A DNA stretch of 59,965 nt from Octopus bimaculoides. Its lineage: Eukaryota. Numbering within the stretch: position 1 is the first letter of the stretch; each line of letters starts with the position of its first letter. This document shows positions 38,281 through 49,959 of the stretch, piece by piece. The translations under genes and the position numbers were made by a program. The notes beneath the pieces were generated by a model. That model was not told the origin of the DNA. It did no database searches and saw only the letters and a list, made by a program, of their open reading frames with translations. The DNA lies in NCBI RefSeq assembly GCF_001194135.2, contig NC_069003.1:11596098-11656062 (forward strand), written 5' to 3'.

Positions 38281-38503
38281 GAGTTGGCAGAATCGTTAGC
38301 ACGTGGGGCAAAATGCTTAGCGGTATTTCGTCTGCCGTTACATTCTGAGTTCAAATTCCGCCAAGGTCAACTTTCCCTTTCATCTTTTTGGGGTCGATTA
38401 AATAAGTACCAGTTATGCACTGGAGTCGATGTAATCGACTTAATCCCTTTGTCTGTCCTTGTTTGTCTCCTCTATGTTTATCCCCCTGTGGGCAAGAAAT
38501 AAA
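38281..38503 (+). mobile_element. SINE family B, full length
   Basis: Reverse complement of the 17921, 26861 and 31831 copies. Confidence 0.8.
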
Positions 38504-38509
38504 TTATTA

Positions 38510-39050
38510 TTATTATTGAGTGAGAGAGCAGAGCATGCCCTCAAAGAGTAAAAATATACAAAGCCCAATATATCCATCATAACTATCTGTCTGATAAGCG
38601 TGCACCAGGCACATACATCACAGCCATGTGCGTTCGATATGATGACCTCAATATCAAGATAAACTGTGCATAACCTTGCACGTGGGGCCCAATTAGAATT
38701 TTCTTCCAGTCAGGTAACCCATCCTGCCCAAAAGGTCCGATAAACAAACCACTCTTGTTTCCAGTGGGGGTGGGGGATTATTCAAAACCCAAATAATCTT
38801 TCTCAACACATGACTATGACACTCCCCCACTACTTCTGCTCATGATCAGAGATGCACACATCGTCAGCCACGAAAGGACATACTCAACCGGTGGTCAAAC
38901 AACTGACAAGCAAATCTGTGGTATTTAACGAAATATTTGCGTAGCCCATCTTTTACACTAAAACAACACATGTACATGATAACACTTCCAATCAGTTAAG
39001 ATAAGAAACCATGAGAGCCACTGCCTGATATTACGTCAGGGCAATTATTA
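38510..39050 (-). mobile_element. Probable interspersed repeat ending in an (AAT)n tail; family unassigned
   Basis: Single copy in this window, bounded by a (TTA)n run; repeat status rests on recall and would need a genome search. Confidence 0.3.
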
Positions 39051-39816
39051 TCATTATTTCAAATACGCTTAACAGATTAAACTATTGGAAAAGAAAAATT
39101 CCTAACATCGAGCTACAAGTAACCTTAGATACCAAGAATCCTCCTAAGTATCCTAGCTGTCCCTAATAACACTGTTTTCTGGAGCTGTACTAAACTAGGT
39201 TTTATACCTCTATCCATCTGTTCAAATTTTTGTCTTTTAGAAGTTCACTTTGCAACCTTGTGGCTTTGAGCTTAGTTCCTCTGTCATATTTGGGTAAATG
39301 TTTTCTCCAATAGCCTTCTGACAACTAGCACCTTTGTGAGGCAAATTTGCTTGATAGAAACTATAGCCCCATTGTATACATTTTGTGTGTGTGTGTGTAT
39401 GCTCACATTTGTAAATAAGTACCAGACTTTAAAGCATAATTCTTGGAGTCAATAGAATTGACTAAATCCCATGAAGGTATTGCTCCAACAAGGCCATAAT
39501 TCAATAATTAAAACTTGTAAAAAGAATTTTTTTTCCCAGTTGTCTACATCAGTCCCTTCAAATTATCCCTTCATATTTCTTATGCACAGGCTTGGCTGTG
39601 TGGTAAGAAGCATCCCACTTTTGGCAAGTGTCTTCTACTGACCAAAGACTTTTGAGTGAATTTGGTAGACGGAAACTTAAAGAATCCCATTGTGTGTGTG
39701 TGTGTGTTACTGTCTCCTTCCCTTGACATTATGTGATAATTATAAATGTGAATTGCATCATGCAAACTAGAGTCCTTTGTTTCCAGTCTTCTGTGAAAAC
39801 TTGTCTGGTCATGGGG

Positions 39817-39949
39817 AAATAATTCCAATAAATTCATTCACGCCAAATCTTTCTTTCGCCTAAAACTGGAAGTTCTAGAACTTTCTGGAAATTTACTCAG
39901 AAATGTTCCAGTTAACGCTTTACGTGGGCAGAGCTTTCTTCGGAATTTG
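39817..39949 (+). other. 133-bp copy of CDS segment 44527-44659, inserted in a family C SINE
   Basis: 131/133 identical (differences at 39828 and 39931); offset 4710 bp; same strand. Confidence 0.92.
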
Positions 39950-40984
39950 GAAATAGGCGAGTGTTGGCAACAGGAAGGACATCCGGCCATAGAAAATTCA
40001 CCCCAACAAATTCTATCCAACCCCAGCAAACATGGAAAAGGGACATTAAAACAATGATGAGGATTTCTTCTTTCTGTCCTACATCACTCCCCCACCCCTC
40101 TCTCTCTCTCTGAACTTTCTTCTTCATCTCCAATCTTACTTAATCCATTCACATTGCATTTCCCCACCTTTCTGCCAGTTTGCTACCTTAACCCATTACC
40201 TCCCATAATTCTATTAACTGGAATTTTTTTTATGAAACTTTGATTTCTAGCATAAAACAGCCTTAGAAACACGCTGGAATTATCAAAATAACATTTCAAA
40301 ATAACATTTTAAATAGAAATAAGCGAGATATTGGGTGAAAAATTAGCAAACCTCATTTGAATATCAGAGAAATATACCTAGTAGATATAGCAAAAAGGTT
40401 AGATACGTGTAAATATTGACAGATAATTACGAAATTTGTAATTTTAAGTGATCTCATATGAGATCACTGGTAGGTAATGGGTTAATATTAATGCTTTCAA
40501 ATTGCAAAACAAGGCCAACAGTTTTTAGGGAAGACGTGAAGTCAATTACATCAACTCCAGTGCTCAACCAACACTCATTTTATCGACCCCAAAAGGATGA
40601 AAGCCAAAGTCAACCACAGTGAAATTTGAACTCAGAACCTAAAACCAGAAGAAATATCACTGACCATTTTATCCAGAGTACTAACAATTCTACCAGCCAT
40701 GACTAAGCCTTCATTCAACCTACATTTCTTCCTCAGAATAAATAATTCTGTTGTATATAATCACACAAGTTGCTTAAATTTCCTCAACCCCCTCCTGCTA
40801 CTGCTTTATACAATTCAATTATTTCCATACGTTTATTGGAATGTATGTTTTCACAGCTGTATGGAAGGAGTGGTGGGCCTCACAGTTCTCCACGTGTTTC
40901 AATTATGCATCGTTTCGTCTGAGAGGCCAAACTAACTAATAATATGGTATGATATAGTAAACATGATGTTTCTGCTGTCTAAAA

Positions 40985-41112
40985 TAATGTGTGTGTGTGT
41001 GTGTGTGCATGCATGTGTGCATACATATATATGTGTATACATATACATGTGTGTGTGCTTGTATGTATGTGTGCATGTGTGTGTGTATGAATATGTGTGT
41101 GTGTGTGTGTGT

Positions 41113-41183
<71 letters not shown>

Positions 41184-41250
41184 AAAATATATAGATATAG
41201 ATATATATATTTTATATTTTATATATATATATGTAAAATAATACACACAT
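40985..41250. repeat. Compound (TG)n/(TA)n microsatellite, representative of dozens in the window
   Basis: Direct reading; most N-gaps are flanked by (TA)n, (TG)n or (AAT)n runs. Confidence 0.95.
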
Positions 41251-41574
41251 ACATTTATGTATATTATAATGCCTGCCCTGTCTATCCTAAATTTACATTG
41301 TGGCCTACTTCCCTATATCCATGTTCCCTTCGTGGTTGCAGTGATCGTTTCAGTTTTTGTCTTCCAGCATTAAAATAGTTTGCACTAGATTTAAGTTGAT
41401 GACAACACCAACACATATCTGCATCAGTTTAAAATATAAAGCTCAGTAAATAGAAATTTGATTTTTTGACCACTTAGTTCCCCCTGTTTTGTTTCATGGC
41501 TCAGTGCCTTGGACACATATTCAACATAGTTACCTTAATTGATGGATATTTGTCCTCATCTTGTTTGTTGTTAA

Positions 41575-41626
41575 CACAACGTTTCGGCTGATATACCCTC
41601 CAGTCTTCATCTGGTGTCTTCATCAG
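41575..41626 (-). ncRNA. Degenerate Penelope-type minimal hammerhead ribozyme motif
   Basis: Minus strand cac-CAGAUGA-a-gacug...cagcc-GAAAC-GU-U-gug. The core has U4>A, and a short upstream cugaugaagac duplicate is present. Confidence 0.5.
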
Positions 41627-42090
41627 TTACCTCAAGTTGACCTCTGCCTTGTCAGTGGAATCTGTGGGAAAGCCTGTCTTCTGTGTGTGTGTGTTTACTA
41701 CAGAAAACTAGCATCACTCCTTTAACTCTAGTATTTTAACTGACCATATCCAGCCCAAATATTCTACCTGTTTTATATTCATCTCCGGGATCAGTGAACC
41801 AGCGTTCGTTACTCCAAATGGGGTAAAAATGAAATTCTTGTGGGTAACAAGAACTTATTAGACATAACTCTTTTTTACTCTTTTACTTGTTTCAGTCATT
41901 TGACTGTGGCCATGCTGGAGTACCACCTTTAGTCGAGCAAATCGACCCCAGGACTTATTCTTTGGATGCCTAGTACTTATTCTATCGGTCTCTTTTGCCG
42001 AACTGCTAAGTTATGGGGACGTAAACACACCAGCTTCGGTTGTCAAGAGATGTTGGGGGAACAAACACAGACACACAAACATATACACAC

Positions 42091-42140
<50 letters not shown>

Positions 42141-43202
42141 CGGAGTAAGCATTTGAGTATATATATATNNNNNNNNNNNNNNNNNNNNNNNNNNNNNNNN
42201 NNNNNNNNNNNNNNNNNNNNNNNNNNNNNNNNNNNNNNNNNNNNNNNNNNNNNNNNNNNNNNNNNNNNNNNNNNNNNNNNNNNNNNNNNNNNNNNNNNNN
42301 NNNNNNNNNNNNNNNNNNNNNNNNNNNNNNNNNNNNNNNNNNNNNNNNNNNNNNNNNNNNNNNNNNNNNNNNNNNNNNNNNNNNNNNNNNNNNNNNNNNN
42401 NNNNNNNNNNNNNNNNNNNNNNNNNNNNNNNNNNNNNNNNNNNNNNNNNNNNNNNNNNNNNNNNNNNNNNNNNNNNNNNNNNNNNNNNNNNNNNNNNNNN
42501 NNNNNNNNNNNNNNNNNNNNNNNNNNNNNNNNNNNNNNNNNNNNNNNNNNNNNNNNNNNNNNNNNNNNNNNNNNNNNNNNNNNNNNNNNCACGTTAGCGT
42601 AAATAAATATATTTTAGGGTAATTGATTGAAAAATATTCCCTGACCCCTGATCTAACCCCAGTAGTTTTCCTGTTTTATACTCAAAATGACTGGATCTAG
42701 CCCCTCGCACCTACCCTACAATGTCATTCTAAAACTAACCAATCACATCATCGAAATATCAAAAGCTACGAGATAAGCCATGATTAATTCAAAACAAGGT
42801 GGATAAATAAGCATTAGATTTGACAGAATAATTTGAATACTAAAGGGTTAAGTTTTCAAAATTGGTAACTTAGCCTTTCGATAAATTTAAATCAATGCAA
42901 GATATTGATACAAGTAGAAGCTTCAATATGGTTGATTAATTCTATTGGGCCTGATGCTACAGTTCAATAACTGGAACTAGTGAAATGTAACAATAAACTT
43001 TAACCCTTTAGCATTCAGATTAGTTTGTCAAATTCACATTGTTTTGAATTTATCTTGCATTATATTGTAGCTGCAAGATTTTTACAACATGATTTTTTTG
43101 TTGTTGTTTCAGTCATTTGATTGCAGCCATGCTGGAGCACCGCCTTTAGTTAAACAAATCAAACTCAGGACTTATTGTTTGTAATACAGTTCTATATTTA
43201 AG

Positions 43203-43265
43203 AGAAGAGGAATTATGTACATTATTTACTAACCCCAAAATTCCAAGTTCGATTTCAGGCAGTGA

Positions 43266-43297
<32 letters not shown>

Positions 43298-43442
43298 TTA
43301 ATAACATCGAAAAATAGGAATGAGAACCCAGGTTTGAAATTTCCCCAAGGCACCTGATGAAGGCTGGAAGGTATATCAGCCGAAATGTAGTGTTAACAAC
43401 AAACAAGATGAGGACAAATATCCATCAAATGTAAATAATGTA
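43203..43442 (+). mobile_element. Penelope-like pLTR-type remnant carrying the HHR, bounded by a 12-bp inverted repeat
   Basis: tacattatttac (43218-43229) / gtaaataatgta (43431-43442); internal (AAT)n; the 3' 75 bp recur inverted at 41541-41615. Confidence 0.45.
43351..43392 (+). ncRNA. Penelope-type minimal type I hammerhead ribozyme motif
   Basis: cac-CUGAUGA-a-GGCUG-gaagguauau-CAGCC-GAAA-uGU-A-gug. The core, helix II and helix I are intact; helix III is rudimentary. Confidence 0.6.
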
Positions 43443-44044
43443 ATTCTTTGTAAGCCTAGTACTTATTCTGTCAGTTTCTTTTGCCAAGCCACTAAGTTGC
43501 AGGGACATAAACACACCAACATTGGTCGTCAAGCAATGGTGGGGGAGACAAACACAGACACATAAACATATACCCCCCCACACACACACACACACACATA
43601 TATGATGGGCTTCTTTCAGTTTCAATCTACCAAATCTACTCACAAGGTTTTGGTCAGCCCAAGGCTATAGTAGAAGACACTTGCCCAAGTCAGGTATTTA
43701 TTGTGTCATTCTCTTTTGCCAAACTGCCAAGTAGCAGGGACATAAACAAACCAACATCAGTTGTCAAGCAGTAATGGGGAATGAATATGTACACACACAC
43801 ACACACACACACATATTCACAACAGGCTTTCACATAGTTTCCATCTACCAAATTCATTTACAAGGCACTGGTTAGCTTGGGGCTATAGTAGAAGATGCTT
43901 GCCCAAGATGCCATGTAGTGGGACTGAACCTGAAACCATGTGGTTGCAAAGTGAACTTCTTAATCACACAGCCATTCCTATATCCACACAACTACACCTA
44001 TATAAAATGTTTATATTTAAAAAAAAAAGATTTTTTTTGTGTTT

Positions 44045-44075
44045 CTAACTCTTTTCCTTTTTTTATTTATTTCAG
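44045..44075 (+). promoter_or_regulatory. Branch point, polypyrimidine tract and 3' splice acceptor of the coding exon
   Basis: CTAAC at 44045-44049, then cttttcctttttttatttatttCAG ending at 44075, 140 nt upstream of the first in-frame ATG. Confidence 0.75.
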
Positions 44076-44083
44076 TCTGAAAA

Positions 44084-44140
44084 ATGGAAACGGTAACCAT
44101 GCCACCACCCAGTCGTCAGAGAGCTAGGGCTGTTGCTTGA
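44084..44140 (+). promoter_or_regulatory. uORF1 (METVTMPPPSRQRARAVA*) in the 5' leader
   Basis: aaaATGg (A at -3, G at +4) at 44084; TGA at 44138-44140; out of frame with the main ORF. Confidence 0.5.
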
Positions 44141-44160
44141 ACATCAGTGACCCTGGTGTC

Positions 44161-44247
44161 ATGGATACGCTGTTTTTATGTCCATTATCAAGTACTAGTC
44201 CAGAATATTCCAAAGATGTCTTGTCAGAAGCTTCAAAGATCACCTGA
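44161..44247 (+). promoter_or_regulatory. uORF2 (28 aa), overlapping ATG 44216 out of frame
   Basis: gtcATGg at 44161 reads MDTLFLCPLSSTSPEYSKDVLSEASKIT* to TGA 44245-44247. Confidence 0.45.
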
Positions 44248-46255
44248 AGAATGTGTTCCTTGGTTGTTAACGACTCGAAGTATGTTGATACTACTTACAG
44301 GCATAATGCTGTTAAATACGCTTGGGTTGAGTCTGGAGAATTCTTGTCAAGTTCTTGGCAAGGAGAACCAGTATCAGGCCAACTGTTGCAAATTAAATTT
44401 CACTCATGTTCCCTATAATTTGTTAAAAAGCATACGTAGTCTATATTTGGATCACAATCGTATCGCTCTCACCGAAGAAAGCTACTATTTCACTGTCTAT
44501 GAAGACCTGAAAGTCCTCTCACTTGTAAATAATTCCATTAAATTCATTCACGCCAAATCTTTCTTTCGCCTAAAACTGGAAGTTCTAGAACTTTCTGGAA
44601 ATTTACTCAGAAATGTTCCAGTTAACGCTTTACGTGGGCAAAGCTTTCTTCGGAATTTGTCTCTAGAAAACAACCGAATCGATTACATAACAGAGACGGA
44701 TTTTCAGACTCTTGAAAGCCTAATTGAGCTGAAACTGTCAGGAAATTACATCAAATCCATAGATGGAACGTCTTTCACAGATTTAAAGAATTTGTACAAT
44801 TTAGAACTTCATCAGAATTCCCTACAAACTTTACCCTATAACTTATTTCAGAGCTGTAATGAAAGTTTACAAATAATTACCTTGTCCCAAAACTCCTGGT
44901 ACTGTGACTGTCATCTCCGATGGTTATCAGAATATTTCCTAATTAAAAATTGGACTTCAGCATCAACTGGAATGCACTGTAAAATACCACTGTCCCTCCA
45001 AAGTAAGAAGTTCCTGTCTATTCCTTGGGAATTGTTTGCTTGTCCTCTTGTGATGGATTCCAGTAGTACCAAAATGTTTATAAAAAATAACGACAACATT
45101 TCACTGATCTGCAGAGTACAATCAAATCCACCCGCCAGAATATCATGGTGGTTTAACAACAAACTAATCGATGATTTTGAATATTATACCATAACCCACT
45201 CTGTTGGTATCAATGGCATGAGTGTTCTTCAAGTCAATAACTTTGATTTTGGTGATATGGGTTCCTATAAATGTACCGCCCAAAACTCTGTCTCCAATAG
45301 TTCGGTTACTTACACACTGGTCATTGAAGGTTTCAGTCTGTACAAAGAGAAAGCATTGAAGTCTTCTGAAACTGTCGAACAACCCAGTTCGGTACATTCG
45401 GCCGTTATTAGTGTGTGTGTCGTAGGTGGTTTGATATCGCTGTGTATTATAACAGTTCTAGTGTTCTACTACTGGAAGCGCTTCACCAGACTCCAAGAAC
45501 AGAAGCAGGAAGAAATAAAATTAAAGATCAAAAACCATTTTGAATCTAGTAGAAACTACAAGCCTGATTCTGAGAATAACAAGAGCCCCATGAGTGAACA
45601 AGGGAAAAACGAAGAAACTGAACCCTTGTATGATGCAGTGAAACCTGTCCTGCAACCTCAACAAGAAACACAACTTTCTGATATTATTGCAAATAATAAA
45701 CAAGTCTACACTGACTTGCAGGAGGTTGAGGCCTATTCTCCGAGCACGCTCATGACAACATTAGATTCCGATAACACTGGAGTATTTTGGACAGGTTCAT
45801 CTCGGAATGACTGTTCTTCCAACCCATCAGACCTAGCTTGTCCCCTTCTGGAAACTTCAGGTTATATTTCTTATCCAAATGAATGGGAAATTAATGGCGA
45901 GGTGTTTCTCACCCCATACCCTTCTCCGCATCCGAGATATGTGGAAAACTATCCTCGTTCTGTTCCTTCTTTGCCTCCTTACTATACACATTCATTCCAT
46001 AACCATCATCCTCCATATCACAGCAACACTTCCTCAATGCCAATGGGATCTTGTGACTGGCCATTTTCCACAATGCCTTACCCAGGAAAATACGAAGACT
46101 ACAACAGAAGCGCATCGGTTGGCAGCGTAGGCTCTGAGCCAATCCCTCCCAAGAAACCGCCACGATTGCACAGCTATTCTAGCACTACGAGTGACAGAAG
46201 AAAGTTTTCTCTGCCAAAACCTGGCTCTGTTGATGAGTTTGGGACAGCAGTCTGA
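44216..46255 (+). CDS. Single-pass type I membrane LRR-Ig (LIG) receptor/adhesion protein, Kekkon/LRRC24-like; whole CDS in one exon (679 aa from ATG 44216; alternative start ATG 44282)
   Basis: Uninterrupted 2.1-kb ORF. The track opens it at GTG 44147; the first in-frame ATG is 44216. It encodes a hydrophobic signal-like segment (MLILLTGIMLLNTLGLS) and an LRRNT cysteine cap (from C at 44345). Six LxxLxLxxN repeats follow (IRSLYLDHN, LKVLSLVNN, LEVLELSGN, LRNLSLENN, LIELKLSGN, LYNLELHQN), then an LRRCT (LSQNSWYCDC), an Ig domain (LICRVQSNPPARISWW...DMGSYKCTAQN), a TM helix (about 45401-45475) followed by KR, and a cytoplasmic tail ending DEFGTAV. The orthogroup cannot be fixed without a search. 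Confidence 0.92.
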   Translation: MSCQKLQRSPEECVPWLLTTRSMLILLTGIMLLNTLGLSLENSCQVLGKENQYQANCCKLNFTHVPYNLLKSIRSLYLDHNRIALTEESYYFTVYEDLKVLSLVNNSIKFIHAKSFFRLKLEVLELSGNLLRNVPVNALRGQSFLRNLSLENNRIDYITETDFQTLESLIELKLSGNYIKSIDGTSFTDLKNLYNLELHQNSLQTLPYNLFQSCNESLQIITLSQNSWYCDCHLRWLSEYFLIKNWTSASTGMHCKIPLSLQSKKFLSIPWELFACPLVMDSSSTKMFIKNNDNISLICRVQSNPPARISWWFNNKLIDDFEYYTITHSVGINGMSVLQVNNFDFGDMGSYKCTAQNSVSNSSVTYTLVIEGFSLYKEKALKSSETVEQPSSVHSAVISVCVVGGLISLCIITVLVFYYWKRFTRLQEQKQEEIKLKIKNHFESSRNYKPDSENNKSPMSEQGKNEETEPLYDAVKPVLQPQQETQLSDIIANNKQVYTDLQEVEAYSPSTLMTTLDSDNTGVFWTGSSRNDCSSNPSDLACPLLETSGYISYPNEWEINGEVFLTPYPSPHPRYVENYPRSVPSLPPYYTHSFHNHHPPYHSNTSSMPMGSCDWPFSTMPYPGKYEDYNRSASVGSVGSEPIPPKKPPRLHSYSSTTSDRRKFSLPKPGSVDEFGTAV

Positions 46256-46871
46256 GACCTTGTAATGGATATATTTCTCGTGTTATAATTTCTACTAATT
46301 GGAGCATTTAACAGAAGAGACAAGTGGATTCTGTCATTTCCCCCCCCCTCTTCTTGGTCAAACTTGATCAACAGTTATGGGTCACTTTAAGGTGATTTGC
46401 GTTCCAGGAGTTATGTTAATTTGTTGAAAATTTTGTCAATGGATTCTGACCTAAATTTTCAGTCCAGTCTGATAATAAGACATGACATGTGCCTTCTTCT
46501 TCTTATTATTATTATTTTTCTTCCTCCTAATTTCTTTTCCACATTCTTGACTGTTTTTTTTTTGTCTTCAGAAATGAACAGTTTAGCAATGGAACGTTCC
46601 AGTTTTTGAAAGATTTATATTGTGCTTTCCATGCTGTATACACAGACATGTATATAAAACATACACACATATACACATATATGTATAAAACATATGGTTA
46701 TACACATATATCTTAAACATTCAGACAAACATACATGTAAACACGTAAAACATGTATATACATTCACATACATTTCCATATATATATATATAAACACACA
46801 GATACATATACACCCCACCTCACATATATATGTGTGTATTTACATACACAGATGCCAATACACTAACATGT

Positions 46872-46906
<35 letters not shown>

Positions 46907-47317
46907 CATATTCACATAAACACATTACTGCATCAACATAAACACTCTTGCATACACACATACACATTAAGGAACAAAATAAATCTACGCTACTTATTTA
47001 TCATGATAATGAGGATGAGTGGATGTCAGTGTCGCTTAACAATGTTACCTGAACAGGTGAAGTGACTGGCAGACAGACATTTATATCTTAACAAGTTTAT
47101 CTGGGCATGTGCTCTCTTCATGCCCTGCATATTTTGGCTGCTATTCAAGAGATGAAAGGTTTAATTCTCAACCAAACTTGGCTTTACACTTCTGTGCGTA
47201 TGTGTATATTTGATTGGTAAGGTGAGTGTGTTTGTGTGGTGTGTCTGATATCTAGTATGGTTGTGTGTGTGTGTGTATGTGTGTTTGCATGTGTGTGTAT
47301 GTATGTGTTTGCATGGC

Positions 47318-47370
<53 letters not shown>

Positions 47371-47949
47371 ATGCACTTCAATGTAAACATGTTTGTATTA
47401 CGTGTTCACGCAATCACACACATACACACTCTTAGTCTAACCTATCTAACCTCATCTCCCCTCTCCCAACATGTCCCCTGTACAATAGTCCTCCAGTATG
47501 TCTGTGCAGCCCAAGGAATCCCTACCCCTCCCTAATTCCCCTCTGTCTCCCTACCTNNNNNNNNNNNNNNNNNNNNNNNNNNNNNNNNNNNNNNNNNNNN
47601 NNNNNNNNNNNNNNNNNNNNNNNNNNNNNNNNNNNNNNNNNNNNNNNNNNNNNNNNNNNNNNNNNNNNNNNNNNNNNNNNNNNNNNNNNNNNNNNNNNNN
47701 NNNNNNNNNNNNNNNNNNNNNNNNNNNNNNNNNNNNNNNNNNNNNNNNNNNNNNNNNNNNNNNNNNNNNNNNNNNNNNNNNNNNNACCCACACCCATAAC
47801 AAGCAGACAGTTACAATTATTTTATCAATGTTTCATTTGATTTGTCATTGCAGTAAACAAATACATGTATTTCTTGTCAATAATAATAATAATAAATAAA
47901 TTAATTAAATGATAATTGTTCAGTTTTAGTGTCCGTTTGTTTCCATCAT

Positions 47950-48336
47950 TACTCTTTACTCTTTTACTTGTTTCAGTCATTTGACTGCGGCCATGCTGGA
48001 GCACCGCCTTTTAGTCGAGCAAATCGACCCCAGGACTTATTCTTTGGAAGCCTAGTACTTATTCTATCTGTCTCTTTTGCCGAACTGCTAAATTACGGGG
48101 ACATAAACACACCAGCATCGGTTGTCAAGCGATGTTGGGGGACAAACATATGCACAAACATACATACATATATACGATGAGCTCTTTAAGTTTCCGTATA
48201 CCAAATCCACTCACAAGGCTTTGGTCGGCCCGAGGCTATAGTAGAAGACACTTGCCCAAGGTGCCACGCAGTGGGAATGAACCCGGAACCTTGTGGTTGG
48301 TAAGCAAGCTACTTACCACATAGCCACTCCTGCGCC
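47950..48336 (-). mobile_element. SINE family A, full length
   Basis: Reverse complement of the 28724 consensus. Confidence 0.85.
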
Positions 48337-49246
48337 TATATTGATGAATCTTGGAAAAAATATTGACATGTTTTCCTATTTTCAACCAATGCTGTTTGAG
48401 ATATCAAATATTGTGGAAATTCTCTTAGCTACAAGCTAGTGTGAATAAGAGTTACTTGTCTTTAGGTGAATCAGTTACAGTTGTTTCAATAATAAAGAGT
48501 ATTTTGGTAGCCAAAGTGATAGAGATCTTCAGAACACCATTGAAAATATTACAACAATGTGGTGAAACATTACAATATCAATGCAGTGTCCCTGATTTTA
48601 CTGGAAATACATAATTGTGATTCATTGGTATTTATACATCTGCTGACAAAATTCAAGTGTGCAGGTAAAAAGTTAAAGTTACAAACAAATATTGTTGATA
48701 ATCCATTTGAGCATGATTAATTGGAAACAACAACATAAATAAAAATTACATTTGACAGTAATCTGAATGCTAAAGGGTTAAGCATTCTATTAGTGGAAAC
48801 ATTCTTTCAATGCTTTAGATTGAAAGCATTCTATCAATGACCATCTCTTTACTGTAGTCTTAGACACCATTCTTAAGACTGTAGGTTGAGTTTTAGGTGC
48901 TGTTTCTAGCAGGTCAGACAACCACTTTGTGGCTCTTTCCTTAGCTTGGGTTTTGTTGATGTGTATTGGTGTTGTTGAAAGGAAGTAGATATACTTGCTG
49001 AAGGATATTTTCATTGAATTTGAGTAGGTGAAGTGTGAGGTTTTTAAATTGTGTGTGTGTGTGTGCGTGTGTGTGTTGGGCGGGGATATATATATATATA
49101 TATAGAATATTAAAGAAGAGGAAAGGATGATATCATCTACATAGGAGAGTTTAATTAGGAAGTAATAAGAAGGTTGTTAATATGTTAGGAAGAAAGTTGA
49201 AGACCTAACTGAACTCTGAATGTGGGTCAGAGAGAGATAACCCTGT

Positions 49247-49284
<38 letters not shown>

Positions 49285-49959
49285 CAATAAATATTGTGTG
49301 TGACAGGAAACTTCTAGCTCAAGAGATGAGAGATAGATGGCGCCAGTAGTTTGATAACTAATTTTTGGTGGTCCTCTTACAAGACGTTGAAATGCTCTTC
49401 TGATGTTAAGGCTTCTCATGGGGTTTTATTGCTTTTAATGTCCCCTTTATTCAGGCTTGCATGGGTTAGATGACATCTAATGAAGCAGATTTTCTACAGC
49501 TGGATGCCTGTCTTGTTGCCAACTTTTACCTGTTTCCAAGCAAGCTAATATTTCCCTGTGACCAGACATGTTTTCACAGAAGATTGGAAACAGTGGACAC
49601 CACCTGCATAACAGTGACATCTGCTTACAACTATCATGTGATATCAAGGTAAAGAGTCAGTAACAAACACACCTACATACATCCAGGACTCTCGTGTCCA
49701 CAATTTCTAACTGAGCAATCTGCTCAAATGATTTGTTTATAGTACTTAAAGGCTTGTACTGCAGATTAGCTCACGCCCTCCAACAAACCATCATTGCCTG
49801 GATAGGTGCATGGTGTGTCACACATTAGATGTGTTTTGCTCAAGAGCACAGTATACTCCATGATCCAGGAATCAAAACTATGATCTTGTGATTGAAGGTG
49901 CATTAGTTCATGCACCTTCAGTACACACACACACACACACATGTGTGTATATAATATAT

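Noticed and set aside
44147-44215. N-terminal 23 aa of the 702-aa track ORF
   Set aside because: It opens at GTG, which is not a standard eukaryotic start; the first ATG is at 44216.
44911-46371. Several antisense and alternative-frame ORFs overlapping the CDS
   Set aside because: Short shadow ORFs with no motifs.
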